Shown: positions 53,010 to 64,000 of the stretch, piece by piece
How positions within the stretch are numbered: position 1 is the stretch's first letter
Layout of the letters: each line of letters begins with the position of its first letter
Assembly (NCBI RefSeq): GCF_006345805.1
Contig: NC_042999.1
Span: forward strand, 173,414,001-173,478,000
Length of the DNA: 64,000 bases
Reading direction: 5' to 3'
Origin: Octopus sinensis
Lineage: Eukaryota
The notes under the pieces: generated by a model
Databases searched by the model: none
What the model was told of the DNA's origin: nothing
The model's input: the letters and a program-made list of their open reading frames with translations, nothing else
Made by a program: the position numbers and the translations under genes

Positions 53010-54465
53010 GCTAGTGTTAACCGTGGATGTGCGCTACGCGACAGAGGGGGGGCAATTAAACACGCAACACAGGTAATAAGATCGGAGGAGTGGGTACTTT
53101 TGCCTTGTACTACGGCAAAGGTGTGGCCAGAGTGCGAGTAGGCCAACTACCCCCAGAACTAGAAGAAGCATGGCTGATGACAGCCATAATGTTCAATATG
53201 AAGGATGGGGCCAAGATACTGAAGGCCACAAGAACTAATAAACTTAAATTACTGGGGATATGGGATCAAACTCGCTATCCAGGCAACAGCAGAGGATTTG
53301 AATGGGATTGCTGAAGAGAGAGTACTACCAGACGCCTCGAGATTAAGAATGATGGTAGAGGGCATGCCGCCTGTAATTTTAAATGTGGAGAGAAGGGCCA
53401 CATAAAGGCATGATGCACCCAGAGAAAGCAAGAAGCAGAGCAGGTGGAGAGACAAGAGAGCATGGACCAGGTAGAACAGGTCGAGACGAAGGAAAAAGAA
53501 ACAGCGGATGATTTTACAGTGGTAAAAAAAAAGAGCGGAGGGGTGGGTTCTCCGCCAGAGAAACAGAAAAAGAAGAGAGAAGATATGAGAAAAGAAACTG
53601 TGAAGGAGGTCAACAGAAAGGAAGATAAAAGGGTGACAGAAAAAAGAAAGAGGAGTTACAAGTAAAGATACCAGTTGTTCCGATGGAAAAGGATTCGGAT
53701 ATTCAATTGACCGAAGAGGAGATGGAGAGACTATTTAGAGTGGAGGAGGAAAATAGAGAACAAAGAGTTCAAACTAAGAGAAAGAAAATACAAGGAGGAA
53801 ATGGGGTTTGGTATTATGTGACATACCCAAAGAATGTAGAAACGGAGAAGAAGATAGTCAAGATTAATCAAATATTAAGAGTGAAAGTACCATCATACAT
53901 ATATGCAGAGGATATGAAGGCGATATTGACCGAAAAGGAAAATTGCAAGAAACTGGAAGAAATGCGTGGAGATAGTATTGAACCACCAGGAGTAAGGGTG
54001 GAATTCAAAGAATTGCCACCAGTAGTGGACTTAATAGAAATTGAACCATTGATGAAGTACTATTAAAAAGAAAATAAGTATGTTAAATTGACAGGAAAAA
54101 ACTAAAGAAAAACGAAAATGGAAAAAGATGAAAATGGAGGAAAAAACAAAGAAAGAGTAAAGTGTTTTATGCTATGTTTTAAAAATATTGAAAAATAGAA
54201 CAATTGTAGAGAATGTATATAACGGTTCAATTACTTGCAATGGTAGGTAACACGATCATTAATTGTTATGAAAATACATAAAAATGGGCTGTAAAAAAAT
54301 ATTAATGGTACTGCATGTGATGAGGGACGCATGCAGCCATTCATAACCTCATTGTTATATAATCATCTCATTCATATTCGTTTTATGTTTTGTCCCCTCT
54401 GTGGTGTCGTGTCTGTTCTTGTCTGTCCCCCTCTATTCTGGGCCCTTGTGGCTAATAAGGAAACA
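53010..54465 (+). mobile_element. ORF1-only non-autonomous retroelement (frameshifted gag/ORF1-like protein with zinc knuckle, no RT)
   Basis: YYGKGVARVRVGQLPPELEEAWL; knuckle remnant (C)FKCGEKGHIKA*C (~53375-53415); E/K-rich linker; ORF 53683-54066; tail GCCCTTGTGGCTAATAAGGAAAC. Confidence 0.7.
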
Positions 54466-57212
54466 AGTTGTTTAATTGTATTTCTGTATTTGTTTTTTCT
54501 GTATAGTGTGAAAACATCCTTGTGAGATGTCCGTTTTAAAAATATGAAAAATATATCGTATTACTTGGCATGTCTCTGGATGGAATTTTTTAATTTTTGC
54601 ATTATTTTCCTATATATATTGGTTGGTTATATTCGGTTAAGAACGTAGTAGAGTACAGTATAAAGGTCGTCCACCTTTAGATTTCACCCATTGCTAACCA
54701 ACAGTAGTATGATACCTACAACCAGATTGGCGTTGGCCTTCTCTAGTGTATACAAGAAGTACAGAGGAACATTTATTTGTAATCACTAGAATTGTTTACA
54801 CGCAACACATTTTTTCAGGTTCGTAGGTATTTGGTTATGTAGCCGTTTCCCTGCATTATTGTGGCTATGCGAGGAAGTAGTAACAACTCAGTATTCCAAA
54901 ATGTATGATATGGTTGAAAGCTTGTTGATGAAACTGCTTTAAATGTATAGGGAGGATGGTTATGCTGTAGATGGTAATTATTGAGGTTCATATTAAAGGG
55001 ATCGCCAGTCTGTTTCTTTGTACTGTTAAGTTATTCTTCATGGTTGATTACGCTTGTAATTTCCATTAGTTGACTTCAAGAATTCACCGGTCATTCAGTT
55101 GACGAACTTATATCTACATATACATTAGTCTATATAGATCTACGTATATAGATACCCTTATATACACATACATGCTCTCATCTATAAATACATGCATACG
55201 TACCTGAATATAGGCCCCAAAACTTTACAAACATACGCTCATGTACGTACACATACAAATTTATATATACATACGCATACACACATATACATCTATATCC
55301 ATATTCCTGATCATACTGCAGCGAAACGGTTACATAACTAAATACCTGCGAATTTGGAGAATTACATTCCGTGGAGACAATGGTAAGGATTACAAATAAA
55401 TGTTCCTCTGAACTATTTTGTGTTGACTCCAACGTATTCAGTTATATATATATCATGAGCCAAATGATATATATATCATTGCTAGCCAAAACTTCGTCCT
55501 GATATATTTATAGAAGGATAATAACTCTGCAAATTTGCGAAACATTCGTGAAATTTAAAGTGAAGGCAATGATTAGAGTGAATTCCTTCAATCCAAATGC
55601 AAATATCTCAGCTCGTTTAACGAGGAGTTTTAAGAATTAAATATCTTGGGCCTGGGTAAAGTGTATTTCTGGTGACAAGATAAACTGCCAAATTGGGAAC
55701 CTGGTTTCTATTAATCCATTCGTTCGTTAGCTGACTGTCTAACAAAGTAAGTCTACCTCTAATCTACAATAAATTGTTTTATAGAAACAAAGTTGTAAAA
55801 ATGTGAACGAAATATAAAGAAAATAAAATATCAATTACTAACAGTTGTGTGAACAGATTTAATCAGTTTCTAGAGTCACATAATTTGGACGAGGCTACAA
55901 ATACTTTACTTCTTCTCTAAGCAATTAGAGATAAAGAAAAGAGGAAAATCACATTCCGAAAAATACGTGAAAGGATATTATTAAAGGAAATAAAATAATC
56001 TGTCGATGATAATGAATATAATTGAAGCATTGTACAAACAGTTTTTACAGTCGAATTGAAGACTATCGTTAATCATTTGTTTCCGAAATTGTGGTAAAAT
56101 GATCAAGAAATGATTACAATCTTGAAAAACTGAAATAGATGTTAAAATAAAGAAAAAAATGAAAACTGATTATTATGGAAAATAATAAATGTAATTGTGA
56201 AAATATGGAGTGAGCGCCATGGATTCTGCAAAGCTACTTTAATATTCAGCTGAAGCAAATTTGCTTCATGTGATAATGTCTTTCATAAGAAAGACACTAC
56301 TCATATTTTGTAACACTCTATTTATCGTTTATGTCTATTCAAGGTGAAAGCTATATCATTAAGCATAAAGCAATATTAAGTTTAAATTAGAGTTTCATGC
56401 CAATTAATGGTATACTGTAAATGTTCTTACGTCATTAAGGAATAATATATTATATAGTCTCTCCCAAAAGATGCATACATAACATTAATTTCTAATCAAA
56501 CTAATCATTTTTTTTAGAATGTGTGCACTTCTTGGTAAGGTACTTAATTTTGATTCTAATTCGAAGCTACGCTATTTTATACCCCAAATGTCTTTAGGAA
56601 TGACTGTGTCTCTGGATCTTTTATTTTATGCGATGAAACTCAACGAGAAAACATTCACTGTACTCCTTGACTCATACTGGTGAGCACTGCAGAGCAAAGG
56701 ATAATTTTCGTTATCTGGATTCCATATTACTAAATTTAATGGAACCCAAAGTTATAACATATGTATTACATATAATATAACGGTTAGTAACAGAAAGCAA
56801 TTAACGAGTCAACAGTTGTGGACTGAACTGTTGTGCAAGAAATAGCTGCTAAATCATTCTCACGAAACGCTATTACAATCTGTGAAAAATGAACAACTCT
56901 ATAAATAGAAATCCATTTTTACCGAACAGAAAGTCTGATCGGGATTGAAATACCGTTGAACATACTTTTTTTCCGATAAGAATTTATCTTGGATTTAAAT
57001 TGGCACAATAACAACTGACATTTTAGCCCCTACTCCAAAAATAAACATAAAATTGTGCCAAAATATTTATATGTATAAATGTAAGACATATCCGTAGCCA
57101 TACTCATCTATGTTAGCTCTCTGAAGTCGATATCAATGCCAATGATATATCAATTATCAGTATATTGACAGGGCACATTTCTGAAAGATGATTGTTATTA
57201 TGACATTGCATC

Positions 57213-57432
57213 TTAAGGCGGCGAGCTGGTAAAATCGTTAGCACAACGGCAAAACATTTAGTGGCATCTAGTCTGTCCTTATTATGTGAGTTCAAATTCC
57301 ACCGAGGTTGCTTTGCTTTTCATCCTTTCGAGTTCGATAAAAAAATGTACCATTTGAGTACTAGGGTCGATGTAATTGACTATTCTCTTCTCCTAAATAT
57401 TTCAAGCCTTGTGCCTATAGTAGAAAGGATTA
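57213..57432 (+). mobile_element. Full-length SINE family A monomer
   Basis: TAAGGCGGCGAGCTGGTAAAATCGTTAGCAC...GAGTTCAAATTCC...TTTCATCCTTTCGAGTTCGATAA...GCCTTGTGCCTATAGTAGAAAGG. Confidence 0.85.
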
Positions 57433-58330
57433 TGGAATTACGGCTTCTCAGAGGACGAGAGAAATTACAGACAAACCGCTACTCGTTTTATTATGTTTAG
57501 TTTAACCCGCTCTTCTAGTGTGAAGGTTCACATATTTGCAATAAGGGTTGATTGAGTAAGCATAATCAGTACTATGATTTTTTTAACATGGGTCACAAAT
57601 ATACCTCTCACTATTTCACAGATAATTTACTGATACTGGTAAAAGAGCACAATCAATTGCAGAAAATTTGAACACAAAACAGAAGGGGACTTCGCTACAT
57701 GCTTGCAAGGTATCTTGTCTCCCACTCAACTGAATCCGAGAACTATTGCTGTATATCTTTAAAATATTGAGGTCTATTGAAGCAGCTGTATGTATCTCGC
57801 TACAGGAAATAACATTTACATGAAGTTAATGTATATTTCTATTATAACGAGTAACTAGAAACGCAGAACATAAAACTATCATCAACATAGAAATACCATT
57901 CTGATACACAATACTTTAACATAAAATGGAAAGGAAAAGAGAAGCGAAAAATAAGTATTGTGAGGAAATGATTTCTGAACAATAAAATACCATTCAAATA
58001 CCTTTCATCCTTCTGTGATACATACATATATATATATATAATTTCAACAATTGAGGGTAAAATTAATTAATTAATTAATCAATTTCACCAAGTATTCAGT
58101 ATGCAAAGGGACCATTTAAGGCGAATTCAAATTATTACATTATATAAAAGGGCTTAGTAAAATAAATTACTTTGCCGCATACTGAACTCGTTAGAAATAG
58201 CAGCTAAAAAAACCTTTTTATAAAACTATTTCTAACACTTAAAGAAAACCTCTCTCATATAGTGTTTGCTCAATTCAACTCAAGGAAGTATGGGGGTAGA
58301 GACATTAAAAAATCAAATGCAAAGGTTATT

Positions 58331-58383
58331 TGAGTACGTACGTTTCAAGATTAGTCAAAATCGACCCTTCTCTCATCAGCTCA
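58331..58383 (-). ncRNA. Type I hammerhead ribozyme (inverted copy)
   Basis: Exact reverse complement of 58607-58659. Confidence 0.8.
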
Positions 58384-58606
58384 GAATGCCCTTCATCTCT
58401 CTCTACTTAATGTCTCGGATTTTACCGAAAAAAACATAGTGTTTGCTGATTTTAACCCACGCTGGTGGAAAGGGGAGAGCAGAAATTCTTCGCTTGCATA
58501 TTGAGTTTGTTGGCACTGTTAGTTTGGAACAGATCTTCAGAAGCGATAACAAGCCGAAAGGGTATGCTCCCATTTTCAGTGTTTTCAGATTCAAACAAGG
58601 GCATTC

Positions 58607-58659
58607 TGAGCTGATGAGAGAAGGGTCGATTTTGACTAATCTTGAAACGTACGTACTCA
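58607..58659 (+). ncRNA. Type I hammerhead ribozyme
   Basis: Stem I TGAG/CTCA; core CTGATGA (58611-58617); stem II GAGA-AG-GGTCG-ATTT-TGACT-AA-TCTT; GAAA (58644-58647); palindromic stem III ACGTACGT; cleavage after GUA (58655). Confidence 0.8.
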
Positions 58660-58875
58660 AATAACCTTTGCATTTGATTTTTTAATGTCTCTACCCCCAT
58701 ACTTCCTTGAGTTGAATTGAGCAAACACTATATGAGAGAGGTTTTCTTTAAGTGTTAGAAATAGTTTTATAAAAAGGTTTTTTTAGCTGCTATTTCTAAC
58801 GAGTTCAGTATGCGGCAAAGTAATTTATTTTACTAAGCCCTTTTATATAATATATATATATATATATATAAATAC

Positions 58876-58910
<35 letters not shown>

Positions 58911-60678
58911 CATATGGACAAGGCGTGATACTAGTTCTAAACATTTTACCTCATAAAGTTGAAAGTATATGGCAATATATTAAAGTACATGCCAGAAGTA
59001 TGGAATACATTTTTTTTATATTAAAGAAGTAAAACTGATATACTTTCTGATGAAAAGCTAAACCCTTTACATTCTGAATAGGAATTCCACTAAGATAGAC
59101 GTTGTTTTTCTCAATACACGAACCCTCCCCAATAACACTGAATAAATATTAGAAGTCATATTGTGAAGTCAATTCTATTGAATTTACGCTTTCTTTGCCT
59201 ATTTCTATTATTTGCTAAAATCTAAATACAAGTTTATGTATTTTAGCATGCTTAAGTTTTAATTAGAAATAAATACGTGATGGGGTTACACCTTTAGCTC
59301 AATGACTAATATTATTTTAAGCATTTCGGCAAATACAAGTAACCGCTCTGGACAGGTTTTGGTGTCCTTCGTAAAACTACGTTTTCACCCTACTAAGTCA
59401 AGAAGTGATAGGACACACATTATGTTACATGTGAGTCTGAAGAAAAATATGCCAGTTAAATGACTCAACAAATCATTGCGAATAATTATTCTGACATCTA
59501 TTTGCATGAAAAACAATAGCTTTTTATGTTCTGTGATAATACTTTTGAGATGTTGGTTTTTAGAAATCCATTATTGCTTCACTGAATTTTCAATTGCGAG
59601 AATATCAATATGTATTTGTGTACTTGAACTTTGTAAGTGGTTATCTCCTCAGCTTTTAAGCCAATGCTCGGAAGTTTGTGCAGAATGTTTGTAAAGTTGT
59701 GCAGAAAACTTATGACGGTTCACCAACCTCTAATGAGTTGTTGTGAGGCCATGTCAAATGATAATTGGAATATATAATAATAGAATATATGATAATTTGT
59801 GGTGAAATTAATATAGGCTACGGATTGTTTAAATTCTGTAGGAAACTACCGTAATAAAAACATATCTACCGTGTAATAAGTTGAAAGTGAGTTTGTTTTG
59901 ATTTTGCTTTTTTTTGTTTTTTGTTTCACTGTGTCAATTCCATCATCTACAATAACTCTAAGAGTTATCATCAAATCTGTAGTGAATTGGTTGACTATGC
60001 ATTGTGATGTATTTGTCTAAAATTGTTAGACTTATTCCATATTGGATCGAATTCAGTTTTCATAAATACTGACCCTTCGTTCAATCGTTTCAATATTAGT
60101 GGCCATTTTTATAGCACTCCTAGCGTTTGTGGAACTGAATTATATAGAGTGGTGTACATCCTTATGTGAACAACTTTAAGCATTGAGAGCGTGCGTCTTC
60201 AAAGTGCGGAATTCAGTGAATTGTTTTAATCGTGTATTTAAATATTTATGGAATGTAGAAATAGTTGAGCACCGTACAAAAAATACCATTCAGCATTTGG
60301 TTATCCCCTAATAAATTCCAACTTGTTTTCTCTTTCACAGAAAAACTTTCTTACCCTCTCTTTGCTTTTTCTTATTCTAGCAGCTGCTCGCACATACTCT
60401 ATATAGATTGTAGTTTGTTGCTACTTTCGTAGTTTTGCAACATAACTTCACATATTTTTACTAGTAGGTAACCTCCTTTTGATCGAAATATATATCCAAT
60501 GAATTCATATTCTTGATTATATAATATGCATATACGCACGAACACGTATAGCTATACATCCGTGCATGAATTTATGAATTCATACATGCTATGCATACTC
60601 ATGCATACACACACATATGCTATATATATATGTATGTATGTATATGTATGCATGCGTATATATGTGTGTATGATGTAC

Positions 60679-60714
<36 letters not shown>

Positions 60715-60836
60715 TTCATATACTCTATATATGTTGTATACATTCATTTATATATTCATATATGTATATATGTGTTTATATATATATATATATATATATA
60801 TCATACACATTATATATATTGTACATACACACACAT

Positions 60837-60893
<57 letters not shown>

Positions 60894-61818
60894 GCATATA
60901 TGTGTGCATGTGTGTGTGTATTTATATACATATATGTACGTACATATATATACCTACATGTATGTATTTATGTATAGTTCTGTTTATCCCTTCATTTAAG
61001 ACTATATTCATGAAATAACCGATAAATGAATGCTGCACATATAATAGAAGCACTTAAATATATTACCGCCTAAATATTTCAGATTGAAGATAATGAAGCA
61101 AGGCTAATTTTATCCTAAGTGTATGTCTTTAAGTTTTACATGAATTTAAGCAGACCTAATTCGATTCCCCCCATCTCCTACACTTGAGAAACCAACAATT
61201 TCCTAATGCTAACAATTTAAATAAATTTAAGGGCTTACTTTACAAAACAGCTATTACTCTATTCAATTGATATACATTTTCCTCATAACGGTAAAATACA
61301 TTGAACGTGATTGTAGCTGGTGGTTTCTAATGTTTTCATTTTTTTATTCTGATAACTTTCTGTGAAAATATGCCATGTCCAGGATAATTACACAGGATTT
61401 ATCATCTTTTATTCATTTCCTAAACTGTGGCATACTATTTATCTTCAGGAACATTCCTACTGTGAATTACGAGACGACGAGCAGCAAAAGCATCGGTAAT
61501 GTAAAAATGCTGAAATAAAACCGTCTCCACGGTCTCTTTCTCTCCCTCATTCCATCACTCCTTATTCCTCTGCCTCTCTCTCTCTTTCTTCCTCCCTTCC
61601 TCCTTGTAAGCTTATTCGACAAATACATATTGTTGATAATCAGAGACAGTTTTATGGTTGACAATACGATTTTAATTGGGGTGAAAATAACAGGAATTTC
61701 AACTTGCAAGATAACCAACTGATTCACTATCTATATGTATTGGCGTCCTCATTATACGTAAATAACAATTCCGATTTTCCCCAGCATTATAGGAACACAC
61801 GCGCGCATTCTCCCTTTG

Positions 61819-61860
<42 letters not shown>

Positions 61861-63124
61861 CCCTCTCTGATCATAGTGACAAATCAGGAAATATCTCCAT
61901 ATTACTAGAATATGCATGTATGATATGACAGTGACGAATCTGGAGAATAATATCTGGTTACAGTATGAACTGATAAAGGTAGTCCAACGAATTAAGGTAA
62001 CAGGCCTATGAGCTGAATCCAATGTAGGAATCTAAAGTATAGAGCGGTAAAGAATGTTTCCCACAATGTTCAGTGAAGATCAGTGATAATTTGCTTTGTA
62101 TTAACCTCCTCATCAGAGATCTGTATTTATTGTTTCGCTCTGCCCAGTAGTTATTATTGGCACGTAGACTTATTACATTTTGGAATGCATACAAAAATGA
62201 TTTATCGTTAATAGCTCTTCAACTAACATGAGGAAGCGATGTTTAAGTAATTCGATAGCTTTCATCACAAAAGTAAACGAAAAGTAATCATGGATGTAGT
62301 CTGTTTGAGGTATAACTTTACTCGATGATACGGAACAAAATTTAGTTTTTTTCGGGTTCAGTTCAAAATCTTAAATCTATGTTTATATCTCTTATTCATA
62401 GCGCATAAAACTTTAAGAAAATAGTAACAAAACCAATGTAGACTGGATCATTACTCGTAATTCTTGATCTGTTCTTCTACAATTTATTTATTTCCTTGAA
62501 AAATGTAGGATTTCTGGTGACATGAAATGCAAATTGTTAGTTGGAAGGTTTTGATATTCTGCCTTCAATTACCGGTTTAAGGGAGAGACATGATTATAAA
62601 AAGTGACCGACACTTTGATAAGTTTACTAAGATGACTGTCTGAACATATATTTGATAATAGTAATGATTACATACCAACTAATTCATAAGTTATGTGAGC
62701 AAGATAAAGTTTTATATATATATATATACACACACACACAATAGCGCAGGAGTGGCTGTGTAGTAAGTAGCTTGCTTATCAGCGACATGGTTCCGGGTTC
62801 AGTCCCACTGCGTGGCACCCAGGACAAGTGTCTGTAGCCTCAGGCCGACCAATGCCTTGTGAGTGGATCTGGTAGACGGAAACTGAAAGAAGGACGTCGT
62901 AAATATGTGTGTGTACATGTGTGTGTATGTGTTTGTGTGCGTGTATGTTTGTGTGCCTGTGTCTGTCCCCCAACATCGCTTGACAACCGATGCTGGTGTG
63001 TTTACGTCCCCTGTAACAGCGGTTCGACAAAACAAGCCAATAGAATAAATACTACGCTTACAAAAAATAAGTCCTGGTGTCGATTTGTTCGAATAAAGGC
63101 GGTGCTCCAGCATGACTGAAACAA

Positions 63125-63211
<87 letters not shown>

Positions 63212-64000
63212 ATATATCTTATGGTCATGGATTAAATAACTGTCACAGCGATTTACAATCGTAAATAGGTTTCAGATATTCATGATGAAATTTTAATCTT
63301 TGATGCACAACTAAAGCAATGATTTTCGCAGTAATGGTTTTACGCTGAAACAACGCCAGTTTTATATAGGAGAATGGGATTGATATTAATTGGTCTACTA
63401 GTATTGTAACTGTTTTATCGATTCCCGTGGACTAATAAATAACTGGGTAAATTACTCTAATTCAGTTTCTATTTTGTTTGTATATTTTGTTTTGTGGGTG
63501 TTTTTAATAAAGAAAATAAACATATTGTACTTTGTATCGTTTTAATCGCCCATTCTGAGACAGAAAAATGGTTTGACACTTTAAAGACTTGAACTCAGAG
63601 ACGAGGCAGATTAGACTATAATTTTATAGAATGTTGTTAATCAGTCTCTTACCTGACCTCTCATGCACTACTCTGCTGATCCAAAACGAAGAGCAATACT
63701 GTTTGGAAATTGCGTTTTATTTTTATCTCTCTTCCTAATGTGTTTCATATCTCGTAAATATGTTTCGCTTTCTTATCTGACATGATTATTGCGTGCTTCT
63801 TAATTATTATCTATTCAATTAGTACATGATCTTAGCACATATTACATTTTACTAAGACAATGAAAATAAACCGCTCACATTCAAATATACCAATAGCAAC
63901 CAATAATCAGCATTTTGACATTTTCCTATCGTACTGTTAATGTTTTTCTGAGTGATAAAACTTTTATCGCAGTGTATGTTCTCTTTTGTATGTCTTCTTC

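Larger units (their letters stand above)
58041..58851. mobile_element. Young fold-back element in (TA)n with 255-bp perfect inverted arms, each carrying a hammerhead ribozyme
   Basis: Arms 58139-58393 / 58597-58851 with no mismatch seen; 203-bp spacer; the left arm extends a further ~100 bp; (TA)n on both flanks. Confidence 0.9.

Noticed and set aside
58403-58724. ORFs overlapping the 58-kb fold-back
   Set aside because: Short ORFs mirrored by the inverted repeat with no recognisable domain; the RNA structure explains the region better.
61467-62194. Minus-strand ORFs that look hydrophobic or coding
   Set aside because: No recognisable family, interrupted by (GA)n and stops, and no consistent splice signals.

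Overview
AT-rich eukaryotic DNA, dense in microsatellites and mostly intergenic or intronic. The repeat content looks like that of an octopus/cephalopod genome (inference from the SINE families and (TA)n density). Nearly all ORFs in the supplied track are microsatellite artefacts. The window holds three or more tRNA-derived SINE families, decayed non-LTR retrotransposons (R4/Dong-like, HERO-like, CR1-like), two mariner relics, a tandem Helentron-associated (HINE/DINE-1-like) element and an ORF1-only zinc-knuckle retroelement. Three phase-compatible minus-strand exons (17.5-19.2 kb) join into about 196 aa of a possible ZU5/UPA-type protein. The most striking signal is a set of short non-coding elements sitting in (TA)n or (TAT)n tracts. 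They have long fold-back arms (up to 255 bp, perfect by eye) and/or partial tandem repeats, and carry type I hammerhead ribozyme motifs with palindromic stem III, including U3-A8 covariants. This fits non-autonomous, microsatellite-targeting Penelope-like or retrozyme-like elements. All calls were made by eye; no alignment, folding or database search was run.
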